A stretch of 64,000 nt of DNA, taken from the NCBI RefSeq assembly GCF_030384885.1, contig NZ_CP128613.1. One strand, 5' to 3'. The stretch is from Escherichia coli. Lineage in GTDB: Bacteria; Pseudomonadota; Gammaproteobacteria; Enterobacterales; Enterobacteriaceae. Made by a program: the position numbers and the translations under genes. Shown here piece after piece: positions 24,563 to 38,752 of this stretch; within the stretch, counting starts at the first letter, position 1, and each line of letters begins with the position of its first letter. A model generated the notes under the pieces. The model had not been told where the DNA came from, ran no database searches, and saw only the letters and a list, made by a program, of their open reading frames with translations.

Positions 24563-26021
24563 ATTGTTGGTAAACGTAACGCCTTCGGAAACGCGAGTGG
24601 CGTATATTGATGGCGGTATTCTGCAGGAAATTCATATTGAACGTGAGGCGCGACGCGGAATAGTAGGCAATATCTACAAGGGTCGTGTAAGTCGTGTACT
24701 TCCGGGTATGCAGGCGGCTTTTGTAGATATTGGGCTGGATAAAGCCGCGTTTCTTCATGCATCCGACATCATGCCGCATACTGAGTGTGTGGCGGGTGAA
24801 GAGCAAAAGCAATTCACGGTGCGCGACATCTCGGAACTGGTCCGTCAGGGGCAAGATCTGATGGTGCAGGTGGTGAAAGATCCGCTTGGTACTAAAGGTG
24901 CGCGCCTGACCACCGATATCACTCTGCCATCTCGCTATCTGGTTTTTATGCCAGGTGCTTCTCATGTTGGGGTTTCCCAACGTATCGAAAGCGAATCCGA
25001 ACGTGAACGCCTGAAAAAAGTGGTCGCGGAGTATTGCGACGAGCAGGGCGGGTTTATCATCCGTACTGCAGCGGAAGGTGTTGGTGAGGCTGAACTGGCC
25101 TCCGATGCCGCTTATCTGAAACGTGTCTGGACCAAAGTCATGGAGCGTAAAAAGCGCCCGCAGACCCGTTATCAGCTATACGGCGAACTGGCGTTGGCGC
25201 AGCGTGTTCTGCGTGATTTCGCCGACGCCGAGCTGGACCGCATTCGCGTTGACTCGCGCCTGACTTACGAAGCATTGCTGGAGTTTACCTCGGAGTACAT
25301 TCCCGAGATGACCAGCAAGCTGGAGCATTACACAGGCCGCCAGCCGATTTTCGATCTCTTTGATGTCGAAAACGAAATCCAGCGAGCGCTGGAACGCAAA
25401 GTAGAACTGAAATCCGGTGGTTATCTGATTATCGACCAGACCGAAGCGATGACCACCGTGGACATCAATACCGGGGCGTTTGTCGGTCATCGCAATCTGG
25501 ACGACACCATCTTCAATACCAATATTGAAGCGACGCAGGCTATTGCTCGCCAGTTACGGTTGCGTAACCTGGGCGGGATCATCATTATTGATTTCATCGA
25601 TATGAATAATGAAGATCACCGTCGCCGCGTACTGCATTCGCTGGAACAAGCGTTGAGCAAAGACCGGGTGAAAACCAGCGTTAATGGTTTTTCGGCGCTG
25701 GGGCTGGTGGAGATGACACGTAAACGCACCCGTGAAAGCATTGAACACGTATTGTGTAACGAATGTCCGACTTGCCACGGTCGCGGAACGGTGAAAACCG
25801 TGGAAACGGTATGCTATGAAATCATGCGCGAGATTGTTCGTGTACACCATGCTTACGATTCCGACCGTTTCCTGGTCTATGCTTCTCCGGCAGTAGCCGA
25901 AGCCTTGAAAGGTGAAGAGTCACACTCGCTGGCGGAAGTGGAAATTTTCGTTGGCAAACAGGTTAAAGTACAAATTGAACCGCTCTATAACCAGGAGCAG
26001 TTTGACGTCGTAATGATGTAA
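24552..26021 (+). CDS. rng: ribonuclease G
   Basis: ORF 24534..26021; start [22 protein letters not shown] gives 489 aa; S1 domain plus RNase E/G catalytic domain. Confidence 0.92.
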
Positions 26022-26088
26022 ACAGATGCTGGGCCGCCATCCGGCAAAGGGTTTTTGAGTCACATTTTTAGCAGACAAGGAGTGACGG

Positions 26089-29000
26089 GTGAGGCGATTG
26101 CCGGGGATTTTACTGCTTACTGGAGCCGCGCTCGTTGTGATCGCTGCCCTGCTGGTTAGCGGCCTGCGTATTGCTTTACCGCATCTTGACGCCTGGCGTC
26201 CGGAAATCCTTAACAAAATAGAATCCGCGACTGGCATGCCGGTAGACGCCAGCCAGCTCTCAGCCAGCTGGCAGAATTTTGGCCCGACGCTTGAAGCGCG
26301 CGACATCCGTGCAGAGCTAAAAGATGGCGGCGAATTTTCGGTTAAACGCGTTACTCTGGCGCTGGATGTCTGGCAAAGCCTGTTACATATGCGCTGGCAG
26401 TTTCGTGATCTCACTTTCTGGCAGCTGCGCTTTCGCACCAACACTCCTATCACCAGCGGTGGTGGTAATGATAGCCTGGAAGCCAGTCACATCAGCGATC
26501 TGTTTCTTCGTCAATTCGACCATTTCGATCTCCGCGACAGTGAAGTCAGTTTCCTGACGCCATCCGGTCAGCGTGCTGAGCTGGCGATTCCACAACTCAC
26601 CTGGCTGAACGATCCACGTCGACACCGTGCGGAAGGCCAGGTAAGCCTCTCCAGCCTTACCGGTCAGCACGGCGTGATGCAGGTGCGCATGGATTTGCGT
26701 GATGACGAAGGGCTGTTAAGCAACGGTCGCGTCTGGCTCCAGGCGGATGACATCGACCTGAAGCCGTGGCTCGGTAAATGGATGCAGGACAATATTGCGC
26801 TGGAAACGGCGCAGTTCTCCCTTGAAGGCTGGATGACGATCGATAAAGGCGATGTAACCGGCGGCGACGTCTGGCTGAAACAGGGCGGTGCCAGCTGGTT
26901 GGGCGAGAAGCAAACGCATACGCTGTCGGTGGATAATCTGACCGCGCATATTACGCGTGAAAACCCGGGCTGGCAGTTCTCTATTCCCGACACACGGATC
27001 ACGATGGACGGCAAACCCTGGCCGAGCGGAGCATTGACGCTGGCCTGGATACCGGAACAGAACGTTGGCGGCAAAGACAATAAACGCAGTGACGAACTCC
27101 GGATTCGCGCCAGTAATCTGGAGCTGGCAGGCCTGGAGGGCGTACGCCCGCTGGCCGCGAAACTTTCACCTGCACTTGGTGATGTTTGGCGCTCCACACA
27201 ACCGAGCGGCAAGATAAACACGCTGGCGCTGGATATCCCGCTTCAGGCAGCAGACAAGACCCGTTTTCAGGCATCGTGGAGCGATCTGGCCTGGAAGCAA
27301 TGGAAATTATTACCGGGTGCGGAACACTTCTCCGGGACGCTTTCCGGCAGCGTAGAAAATGGTTTGCTTACCGCGTCGATGAAGCAGGCAAAGATGCCTT
27401 ACGAAACGGTATTCCGTGCACCACTGGAAATCGCCGACGGCCAGGCAACTATAAGCTGGCTGAACAATGACAAAGGTTTCCAGCTGGATGGGAGTGATAT
27501 TGACGTTAAAGCCAAAGCCGTCCATGCGCGCGGCGGTTTTCGTTACCTGCAACCTGCTAACGATGAACCCTGGCTGGGTATTCTGGCTGGCATCAGTACC
27601 GATGATGGTTCACAAGCCTGGCGCTATTTCCCGGAAAACTTGATGGGTAAAGACCTGGTTGATTACTTAAGTGGCGCGATTCAGGGCGGTGAAGTGGATA
27701 ACGCGACGCTGGTTTATGGTGGCAATCCGCAACTCTTCCCCTATAAACACAACGAAGGTCAGTTTGAAGTGCTGGTGCCGCTGCGCAACGCGAAGTTTGC
27801 CTTCCAGCCGGACTGGCCTGCATTAACTAACCTTGATATTGAACTGGACTTTATTAACGACGGTTTATGGATGAAAACCGATGGCGTTAATCTGGGCGGC
27901 GTGCGCGCGAGTAATCTCACCGCAGTGATCCCTGACTACTCAAAAGAAAAACTGCTGATTGACGCTGACATTAAAGGTCCGGGTAAAGCCGTTGGCCCTT
28001 ACTTTGATGAGACACCGCTGAAAGATTCCCTGGGTGCGACCCTGCAAGAACTCCAGCTCGACGGCGATGTGAATGCTCGCTTACATCTTGATATCCCGCT
28101 GAACGGCGAGTTGGTAACCGCGAAAGGGGAAGTGACGCTGCGTAATAACAGTCTGTTTATCAAACCACTCGACAGCACCCTGAAAAATTTGAGCGGTAAA
28201 TTCAGCTTTATCAATGGCGATCTGCAAAGTGAACCACTGACAGCAAGCTGGTTTAATCAGCCGTTGAACGTGGATTTCTCCACCAAAGAAGGGGCAAAAG
28301 CCTACCAGGTCGCGGTGAATCTCAACGGTAACTGGCAACCAGCGAAAACCGGCGTTCTGCCTGCAGCGGTGAACGAAGCATTAAGTGGCAGCGTGGCGTG
28401 GGATGGTAAAGTGGGCATTGAGCTGCCTTATCATGCTGGCGCGACGTATAACGTAGAGCTAAACGGCGATTTGAAGAATGTGAGCAGTCACTTACCTTCA
28501 CCGTTAGCCAAACCTGCGGGTGAACCACTGCCGGTAAACGTTAAGGTTGATGGCAATCTCAACAGTTTTGATTTAACCGGACAGGCTGGTGCGGATAACC
28601 ATTTCAATAGCCGCTGGTTGCTTGGTCAAAAGCTGACGCTCGATCGTGCTATTTGGGCGGCAGACAGTAAAACGCTCCCGCCGTTGCCGGAACAAAGTGG
28701 CGTTGAACTCAATATGCCGCCGATGAATGGTGCCGAGTGGCTGGCCCTGTTCCAGAAAGGTGCGGCGGAGAGTGTCGGTGGTGCAGCGAGTTTCCCACAA
28801 CACATAACGTTACGTACGCCTATGTTGTCGCTGGGAAATCAGCAATGGAATAACCTGAGTATTGTTTCGCAACCGACGGCAAATGGCACCCAGGTTGAGG
28901 CGCAAGGGCGTGAAATCAACGCCACGCTGGCGATGCGTAATAACGCGCCGTGGCTGGCGAATATCAAATATCTTTATTACAACCCGAGCGAGGCGAAAAC

Positions 29001-29889
29001 TCGTGGTGATTCAACGCCGTCATCACCTTTCCCGACAACGGAGCGCATTAACTTCCGTGGCTGGCCGGACGCACAAATACGATGCGCAGAGTGCTGGTTC
29101 TGGGGGCAAAAATTCGGTCGTATTGACAGTGATCTCACTATTTCTGGCGATACGTTAACACTGACTAATGGACTGATTGATAACGGTTTTTCGCGGCTCA
29201 CTGCCGATGGTGAATGGGTTAATAATCCGGGGAATGAACGTACCTCGCTGAAAGGAAAACTGCGCGGGCAGAAAATTGATGCCGCCGCAGAATTTTTTGG
29301 TGTCACGACGCCCATACGGCAGTCGTCATTTAATGTGGATTACGATTTACACTGGCGTAAAGCACCGTGGCAGCCAGATGAGGCGACGTTGAATGGCATC
29401 ATTCATACTCAACTGGGCAAAGGCGAAATTACCGAAATCAACACCGGACATGCAGGGCAATTGCTGCGCCTACTGAGCGTTGATGCCCTGATGCGTAAGC
29501 TGCGTTTTGATTTCAGAGACACCTTTGGCGAAGGGTTCTATTTTGACTCCATTCGCAGCACCGCGTGGATTAAAGACGGCGTTATGCACACCGACGACAC
29601 GCTGGTGGATGGCCTGGAGGCGGACATCGCTATGAAAGGGTCGGTAAATCTGGTACGTCGCGACCTGAATATGGAAGCGGTTGTCGCACCAGAGATTTCT
29701 GCGACGGTGGGTGTGGCTGCGGCCTTTGCGGTTAACCCCATTGTTGGCGCGGCAGTGTTTGCCGCCAGTAAAGTGCTGGGGCCGCTGTGGAGCAAAGTCT
29801 CCATTTTGCGCTATCACATTTCGGGTCCGCTGGACGATCCGCAAATCAACGAAGTGTTGCGACAACCGCGTAAAGAAAAAGCGCAATGA
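26089..29889 (+). CDS. yhdP: AsmA-like envelope phospholipid transport protein YhdP
   Basis: 1266 aa with an N-terminal TM anchor (LLLTGAALVVIAALLVSGL); conserved position between rng and tldD. Confidence 0.9.
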   Translation: MRRLPGILLLTGAALVVIAALLVSGLRIALPHLDAWRPEILNKIESATGMPVDASQLSASWQNFGPTLEARDIRAELKDGGEFSVKRVTLALDVWQSLLHMRWQFRDLTFWQLRFRTNTPITSGGGNDSLEASHISDLFLRQFDHFDLRDSEVSFLTPSGQRAELAIPQLTWLNDPRRHRAEGQVSLSSLTGQHGVMQVRMDLRDDEGLLSNGRVWLQADDIDLKPWLGKWMQDNIALETAQFSLEGWMTIDKGDVTGGDVWLKQGGASWLGEKQTHTLSVDNLTAHITRENPGWQFSIPDTRITMDGKPWPSGALTLAWIPEQNVGGKDNKRSDELRIRASNLELAGLEGVRPLAAKLSPALGDVWRSTQPSGKINTLALDIPLQAADKTRFQASWSDLAWKQWKLLPGAEHFSGTLSGSVENGLLTASMKQAKMPYETVFRAPLEIADGQATISWLNNDKGFQLDGSDIDVKAKAVHARGGFRYLQPANDEPWLGILAGISTDDGSQAWRYFPENLMGKDLVDYLSGAIQGGEVDNATLVYGGNPQLFPYKHNEGQFEVLVPLRNAKFAFQPDWPALTNLDIELDFINDGLWMKTDGVNLGGVRASNLTAVIPDYSKEKLLIDADIKGPGKAVGPYFDETPLKDSLGATLQELQLDGDVNARLHLDIPLNGELVTAKGEVTLRNNSLFIKPLDSTLKNLSGKFSFINGDLQSEPLTASWFNQPLNVDFSTKEGAKAYQVAVNLNGNWQPAKTGVLPAAVNEALSGSVAWDGKVGIELPYHAGATYNVELNGDLKNVSSHLPSPLAKPAGEPLPVNVKVDGNLNSFDLTGQAGADNHFNSRWLLGQKLTLDRAIWAADSKTLPPLPEQSGVELNMPPMNGAEWLALFQKGAAESVGGAASFPQHITLRTPMLSLGNQQWNNLSIVSQPTANGTQVEAQGREINATLAMRNNAPWLANIKYLYYNPSEAKTRGDSTPSSPFPTTERINFRGWPDAQIRCAECWFWGQKFGRIDSDLTISGDTLTLTNGLIDNGFSRLTADGEWVNNPGNERTSLKGKLRGQKIDAAAEFFGVTTPIRQSSFNVDYDLHWRKAPWQPDEATLNGIIHTQLGKGEITEINTGHAGQLLRLLSVDALMRKLRFDFRDTFGEGFYFDSIRSTAWIKDGVMHTDDTLVDGLEADIAMKGSVNLVRRDLNMEAVVAPEISATVGVAAAFAVNPIVGAAVFAASKVLGPLWSKVSILRYHISGPLDDPQINEVLRQPRKEKAQ

Positions 29890-29963
29890 TTTGACGAGGG
29901 CGTGTAATTGCCCCAATCTCATATGATAATCGTTGCCAAAGGCCAACGAGCCGGAACATAACC

Positions 29964-29997
29964 GTAGGCCAGATAAGGCGTTCATGCCGCATCCGGC
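29964..29997. repeat. REP (repetitive extragenic palindromic) element
   Basis: gtaggccagataaggcgttcatgccgcatccggc matches the REP consensus GCCGGATGCGGCGTGAACGCCTTATCCGGCCTAC (reverse complement). Confidence 0.55.
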
Positions 29998-30032
29998 AGC
30001 CGTAAAAAATCCTCTACCGCAGTAACTAATGA

Positions 30033-31490
<1,458 letters not shown>

Positions 31491-31504
31491 TCTATCCAGG
31501 CAGG

Positions 31505-31565
31505 TAAGCGCCGCATCAGGCATTGGTTGCCGGATGCGGCATAAACGCCTTATCCGGCCTCCGCA
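31505..31565. repeat. REP element(s) downstream of tldD
   Basis: gccggatgcggcataaacgccttatccggcctcc preceded by a partial copy gcgccgcatcaggc. Confidence 0.55.
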
Positions 31566-31571
31566 CATGAA

Positions 31572-32501
31572 TTACTTCTCTTTCCCGCGCCCGTGCATTT
31601 CCTGAAACAATTTACCGACCTCAACAAAATAATCCGTCAGTGAGTTGATCACGACCTGTACCTTCAGCGGCAGCTTATCTTTTTCGGTATACAACGCATA
31701 AACCGGGCGTGGATCTGACTGGTAACGCGGCAGCAGGATCTCGAGTTCCCCGCGATTGATCTCGTTGATCACCCACATCAGCGGCACGTAGGCGATCCCA
31801 GCGCCTGCAGTCAGCCAGCGCACCAGCGTCATCGGATCATTAGTCACAAATCTCCCTTGCGGGATCAGGCGAGTCGAGATCCCTTCCGGTGCGATCAGTT
31901 CAAATTCATTGTCGGGCCGCACGCTGTATTCAAGCCATGAATGGCTACTTAAATCGGCGGGTTTTTCCGGTATGCCGTATTGTGTGAGATAGCTTTTTGC
32001 GGCGCACACCACCATTGGCATCGCGCCCAGACGGCGGGAAAACAGGCTGGAATCTTGCAACGCGCCGACGCGGATCACCACATCCAGACCGTCGGCAATC
32101 AGGTCGGGGGCAGGAATTCCGGTAACCAGATTAACGCTCAAACCTGGGTATTCTTTCAGCATTTTGGCTGTTAGCCCGGCGAGAACATTTTGTGCCATAG
32201 TTGAAGAACAGCCAATGCGCAGCGTCCCGATGGGGGTGTTATTGAAGGCATACAGTTGCTCATGAACATCCTGCACTTCATGAAGCATCCGACGGCAGCC
32301 CTGGTAGTAAATTCTACCGGCTTCGGTCAGGCCAATGCTGCGTGTGCTACGGTTTAACAGCTTTACCTGCAACTCATCTTCCAATTTTGACACCGTCTGA
32401 CTGATGGACGAAACGCTCATCTGTAGCTGTCTGGCGGCGGCGGTAAAAGAGCCAAATTCAACTACTTTGGCAAACACCGACATGCGTTTTAGTCGTTCCA
32501 T
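31572..32501 (-). CDS. aaeR: LysR-family transcriptional activator AaeR
   Basis: 309 aa; LysR HTH FAKVVEFGSFTAAARQLQMSVSSISQTV; divergent from aaeXAB. Confidence 0.9.
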   Translation of the reverse strand: MERLKRMSVFAKVVEFGSFTAAARQLQMSVSSISQTVSKLEDELQVKLLNRSTRSIGLTEAGRIYYQGCRRMLHEVQDVHEQLYAFNNTPIGTLRIGCSSTMAQNVLAGLTAKMLKEYPGLSVNLVTGIPAPDLIADGLDVVIRVGALQDSSLFSRRLGAMPMVVCAAKSYLTQYGIPEKPADLSSHSWLEYSVRPDNEFELIAPEGISTRLIPQGRFVTNDPMTLVRWLTAGAGIAYVPLMWVINEINRGELEILLPRYQSDPRPVYALYTEKDKLPLKVQVVINSLTDYFVEVGKLFQEMHGRGKEK

Positions 32502-32683
32502 TATTCACTCTGACTTAAAAGTGATTTAGATCACATAATATAGATAACAGCATAACAGTTACGTTAATATATTAAATATCAATCTACAGCAATGTTGCTC
32601 TCGCCCGGCTTTCCATGCCCTTCTCTGCGGCGACAGATGCTGAAAATAATAACGCCTGCTCTCTCTATACAACCAAGGTCAAC

Positions 32684-32887
32684 ATGAGTCTGTTTCCCGT
32701 TATCGTGGTGTTTGGGCTGTCCTTCCCACCGATATTTTTCGAATTGCTTTTATCACTGGCGATTTTCTGGCTGGTGCGCCGGGTACTTGTGCCAACAGGT
32801 ATCTACGACTTTGTCTGGCATCCGGCGTTGTTCAACACCGCGCTCTATTGCTGCTTGTTTTATTTGATATCGCGACTGTTCGTTTGA
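32684..32887 (+). CDS. aaeX: small membrane protein AaeX
   Basis: ORF 32615..32887; start [31 protein letters not shown] gives 67 aa. Confidence 0.8.
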
Positions 32888-32894
32888 GGTTGAA

Positions 32895-33827
32895 GTGAAA
32901 ACACTAATAAGAAAATTCTCCCGTACGGCCATCACGGTCGTATTAGTCATTCTGGCCTTCATCGCAATTTTTAATGCCTGGGTCTATTACACCGAATCCC
33001 CGTGGACGCGTGACGCGCGCTTTAGCGCTGACGTCGTTGCGATCGCGCCGGACGTTTCTGGACTCATTACCCAGGTGAATGTTCATGATAACCAGCTGGT
33101 GAAAAAAGGACAGGTACTGTTCACCATCGACCAGCCGCGTTATCAAAAGGCGCTTGAGGAAGCGCAAGCCGATGTTGCTTATTATCAGGTACTGGCACAG
33201 GAGAAACGCCAGGAGGCCGGACGTCGTAACCGTCTCGGTGTGCAGGCGATGTCTCGCGAAGAGATCGATCAGGCCAACAACGTACTACAAACGGTTCTGC
33301 ATCAGTTAGCGAAAGCGCAGGCGACCCGCGATCTGGCAAAACTGGATCTTGAACGCACGGTGATCCGCGCGCCAGCAGATGGCTGGGTGACCAACCTCAA
33401 CGTCTATACCGGTGAGTTTATTACCCGTGGATCAACGGCGGTTGCGCTGGTGAAACAGAACTCCTTCTATGTACTGGCCTATATGGAAGAAACTAAGCTG
33501 GAAGGGGTGCGCCCTGGGTATCGTGCAGAGATCACGCCGCTTGGCAGTAACAAAGTGCTGAAAGGGACTGTTGATAGTGTTGCCGCTGGGGTCACCAACG
33601 CCAGCAGCACGCGTGACGACAAAGGGATGGCGACCATCGACTCTAACCTTGAATGGGTGCGTTTGGCGCAACGTGTTCCGGTTCGTATTCGTCTCGACAA
33701 CCAGCAAGAGAACATCTGGCCTGCGGGCACTACTGCTACAGTGGTGGTCACTGGCAAACAAGATCGCGACGAAAGCCAGGATTCGTTCTTCCGTAAAATG
33801 GCCCATCGCCTGCGTGAGTTTGGTTAA
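32895..33827 (+). CDS. aaeA: p-hydroxybenzoic acid efflux pump membrane-fusion subunit AaeA
   Basis: 310 aa HlyD-family protein with an N-terminal TM anchor. Confidence 0.9.
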
Positions 33828-33832
33828 TCACG

Positions 33833-35800
33833 ATGGGTATTTTCTCCATTGCTAACCAACATATTCGCTTTGCGGTAAAACTGGCGACCGCCATTGTACT
33901 GGCGCTGTTTGTTGGCTTTCACTTCCAGCTGGAAACGCCACGCTGGGCGGTACTGACAGCGGCGATTGTTGCCGCCGGTCCGGCCTTTGCTGCGGGAGGT
34001 GAACCGTATTCTGGCGCTATTCGCTATCGTGGCTTTTTGCGCATCATCGGCACATTTATTGGCTGTATTGCCGGACTGGTGATCATCATTGCGATGATCC
34101 GCGCACCATTATTGATGATTCTGGTGTGCTGTATCTGGGCCGGTTTTTGTACCTGGATATCCTCGCTGGTACGAATAGAAAACTCGTATGCGTGGGGGCT
34201 GGCCGGTTATACCGCGCTGATCATTGTGATCACCATTCAGCCGGAACCATTGCTTACGCCGCAGTTTGCCGTCGAACGTTGTAGCGAGATCGTTATCGGT
34301 ATTGTGTGTGCAATTATGGCGGATTTGCTCTTTTCTCCGCGATCGATCAAACAAGAAGTGGATCGAGAGCTGGAAAGTTTGCTGGTCGCGCAATATCAAT
34401 TAATGCAACTCTGTATCAAGCATGGCGATGGTGAAGTTGTCGATAAAGCCTGGGGCGATCTGGTGCGACGCACCACGGCGTTACAAGGTATGCGCAGCAA
34501 CCTGAATATGGAATCTTCCCGCTGGGCGCGGGCCAATCGACGTTTAAAAGCGATCAATACGCTATCGCTGACGCTGATTACCCAATCCTGCGAAACTTAT
34601 CTTATTCAGAATACGCGCCCGGAATTGATCACTGATACTTTCCGCGAATTTTTTGACACGCCGGTAGAAACCGCGCAGGACGTCCACAAGCAGCTCAAAC
34701 GCCTGCGGAGAGTTATCGCCTGGACCGGGGAACGGGAAACGCCTGTCACCATTTATAGCTGGGTCGCGGCGGCAACGCGTTATCAGCTTCTCAAGCGCGG
34801 CGTTATCAGTAACACAAAAATCAACGCTACTGAAGAAGAGATCCTGCAAGGCGAACCGGAAGTCAAAGTAGAGTCAGCCGAACGTCATCATGCGATGGTT
34901 AACTTCTGGCGAACCACACTTTCCTGCATTCTGGGGACGCTTTTCTGGCTGTGGACGGGCTGGACTTCCGGCAGTGGTGCAATGGTGATGATTGCGGTAG
35001 TGACGTCACTGGCAATGCGTTTGCCGAATCCACGCATGGTGGCGATCGACTTTATTTATGGGACGCTGGCGGCGCTGCCGTTAGGGCTACTCTTCTTTTT
35101 GGTGATTATCCCTAATACCCAACAAAGCATGTTATTGCTGTGTATTAGCCTGGCAGTGCTGGGATTCTTCCTTGGCATTGAAGTACAGAAACGGCGATTG
35201 GGCTCGATGGGGGCGCTGGCCAGCACCATAAACATTATCGTGCTGGATAACCCGATGACTTTCCATTTCAGTCAGTTTCTCGACAGCGCATTAGGGCAAA
35301 TCGTCGGCTGTGTGCTCGCGTTCACCGTTATTTTGCTGGTGCGGGATAAATCGCGCGACAGGACTGGACGTGTACTGCTTAATCAGTTTGTTTCTGCCGC
35401 TGTTTCCGCGATGACTACCAATGTGGCACGTCGTAAAGAGAATCACCTCCCGGCACTTTATCAGCAGCTGTTTTTGCTGATGAATAAGTTTCCAGGGGAT
35501 TTGCCGAAATTTCGCCTGGCACTGACGATGATTATCGCGCACCAGCGCCTGCGTGATGCGCCGATCCCGGTTAACGAGGATTTATCGGCGTTTCACCGGC
35601 AAATGCGCCGCACAGCAGACCATGTGATATCTGCCCGTAGCGATGATAAACGTCGTCGGTACTTTGGCCAGTTGCTGGAAGAACTGGAAATCTACCAGGA
35701 AAAGCTACGCATCTGGCAAGCGCCACCGCAGGTGACGGAACCAGTACATCGGCTTACGGGTATGCTCCATAAGTATCAACATGCGTTGACCGATAGTTAA
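33833..35800 (+). CDS. aaeB: p-hydroxybenzoic acid efflux pump subunit AaeB
   Basis: 655 aa FUSC-family polytopic membrane protein. Confidence 0.9.
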   Translation: MGIFSIANQHIRFAVKLATAIVLALFVGFHFQLETPRWAVLTAAIVAAGPAFAAGGEPYSGAIRYRGFLRIIGTFIGCIAGLVIIIAMIRAPLLMILVCCIWAGFCTWISSLVRIENSYAWGLAGYTALIIVITIQPEPLLTPQFAVERCSEIVIGIVCAIMADLLFSPRSIKQEVDRELESLLVAQYQLMQLCIKHGDGEVVDKAWGDLVRRTTALQGMRSNLNMESSRWARANRRLKAINTLSLTLITQSCETYLIQNTRPELITDTFREFFDTPVETAQDVHKQLKRLRRVIAWTGERETPVTIYSWVAAATRYQLLKRGVISNTKINATEEEILQGEPEVKVESAERHHAMVNFWRTTLSCILGTLFWLWTGWTSGSGAMVMIAVVTSLAMRLPNPRMVAIDFIYGTLAALPLGLLFFLVIIPNTQQSMLLLCISLAVLGFFLGIEVQKRRLGSMGALASTINIIVLDNPMTFHFSQFLDSALGQIVGCVLAFTVILLVRDKSRDRTGRVLLNQFVSAAVSAMTTNVARRKENHLPALYQQLFLLMNKFPGDLPKFRLALTMIIAHQRLRDAPIPVNEDLSAFHRQMRRTADHVISARSDDKRRRYFGQLLEELEIYQEKLRIWQAPPQVTEPVHRLTGMLHKYQHALTDS

Positions 35801-35803
35801 GTC

Positions 35804-35832
35804 AAAACCGACGCCAAAAGCGTCGGTTTTTT
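35804..35832 (+). terminator. Rho-independent terminator after aaeB
   Basis: aaaaccgacgccaaaagcgtcggttttttc: GC stem followed by a T run. Confidence 0.65.
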
Positions 35833-35891
35833 CATGGCTATACTTAGCAATGAACGGCAGAACTCGCCGCGAAACGTGACGGTGGCAACAG

Positions 35892-36164
35892 ATGAATATT
35901 TATACCTTTGATTTTGATGAGATTGAGAGTCAGGAGGATTTTTATCGCGACTTTAGCCAAACCTTTGGTCTGGCAAAAGATAAAGTACGCGATCTCGACT
36001 CTCTATGGGATGTGTTAATGAACGATGTCCTGCCGCTACCACTTGAGATTGAATTTGTTCATCTGGGAGAGAAAACGCGTCGCCGTTTTGGCGCGTTAAT
36101 ATTGCTGTTTGATGAGGCAGAGGAAGAGCTGGAAGGGCATTTGCGTTTTAATGTTCGTCATTAG
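35892..36164 (+). CDS. yhcO: barstar-like protein YhcO
   Basis: 90 aa ([21 protein letters not shown]...); conserved neighbour of aaeB. Confidence 0.8.
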   Translation: MNIYTFDFDEIESQEDFYRDFSQTFGLAKDKVRDLDSLWDVLMNDVLPLPLEIEFVHLGEKTRRRFGALILLFDEAEEELEGHLRFNVRH

Positions 36165-36166
36165 CG

Positions 36167-36190
36167 CAAAAAAAGCCCCCGAACCGGGGG
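36167..36190 (-). terminator. Rho-independent terminator downstream of yhcN
   Basis: Hairpin gcccccgaaccgggggc with a T run on the minus strand. Confidence 0.5.
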
Positions 36191-36218
36191 CAATATCGTC
36201 GGACAAGACGATGAGGGT

Positions 36219-36482
36219 TTATTTGTACAGTTCAGCCGTAGCGTGCCAGGTGTCACCGCTACGAGCTTCAGTAATCTGGTAGGCCGTTGCGCCTTTCTCT
36301 TCCGCTTTTTTGTTCAGCATTTCACGCATATCCATTGGCGAAGACGCCACACCACTTACGGATACGGTCCCGATTGCTTCACGATTTTGTGCTTGTGCAG
36401 CATCAATGGAGTCGGCAGCGAATGCACCGAAAGAGAGAACAGAAAGTACGCTTAATGCAGCAACAGTGGTTTTGATTTTCAT
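36219..36482 (-). CDS. yhcN: periplasmic stress-response protein YhcN (DUF1471)
   Basis: ORF 36219..36533; start MKIKTTVAALSVLSVLSFGAFA (signal peptide) gives 87 aa. Confidence 0.8.
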   Translation of the reverse strand: MKIKTTVAALSVLSVLSFGAFAADSIDAAQAQNREAIGTVSVSGVASSPMDMREMLNKKAEEKGATAYQITEARSGDTWHATAELYK

Positions 36483-36846
36483 GATTTTTACCTCGACATA
36501 ATCTTTTAGCTGGGCCTTTGTTTCGTGACCCATATCACAAAATCAAGTATACACTAATTATTGAACTAATTAATACCACGCTAACTTTTTCAGTTGATAC
36601 TAAGTGTTAAAAGTGTGAGTTTTAATAACAAAAAAGAATTAAAAACACGGTTATTTATTATTAATTCTATTATTTTCAATTAGATAATAAATTTTGCATA
36701 ATGTGCTTTTTTTAACTTATGTATTCATTATGTGAATGATACGTCGCGCTAAAACGCACTATTCGTTAAATTAATCGTAGGAGAAAGCAGGGGGATGAGA
36801 GGGAAAAGCAACATTTTCCCCGCCGCCAGAAGCGACGGGGCAGAGA

Positions 36847-37320
<474 letters not shown>

Positions 37321-37351
37321 TCACCCGATATGGTGGTTGATACAACATTAT

Positions 37352-37378
37352 TGTGCATACAGATGAATTTTTATGCAA
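37352..37378 (-). promoter_or_regulatory. candidate ARG box in the argR promoter
   Basis: tgcatacagatgaatttttatgcaaa resembles the ARG-box pattern TNTGAAT(W4)ATTCANW; argR autoregulation is established knowledge. Confidence 0.4.
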
Positions 37379-37676
37379 ACAGTCAGCCCTGAAGAAGGCT
37401 GAAATAATGTTATGAAAGAGCGGGATTTTATCAAATTTCGTTATTGAGAAACATGCCTGCGTCACGACATGCAAATTCTGCTTAAAAGTAAATTAATTGT
37501 TATCAAATTGATGTTGTTTTGGCTGAACGGTAGGGTATATTGTCACCACCTGTTGGAATGTTGCGCTAATGCATAAGCGACTGTTAATTACGTAAGTTAG
37601 GTTCCTGATTACGGCAATTAAATGCATAAACGCTAAACTTGCGTGACTACACATTCTTGAGATGTGGTCATTGTAA

Positions 37677-38690
<1,014 letters not shown>

Positions 38691-38706
38691 TTGATTAGCG
38701 GATAAT

Positions 38707-38745
38707 AAAAAACCGGAGCACAGACTCCGGTTTTTTGTTTTGAGC
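38707..38745. terminator. bidirectional Rho-independent terminator (mdh / degS)
   Basis: aaaaaaccggagcacagactccggttttttgtttt: hairpin flanked by A and T runs between convergent genes. Confidence 0.7.
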
Positions 38746-38752
38746 GCACGAC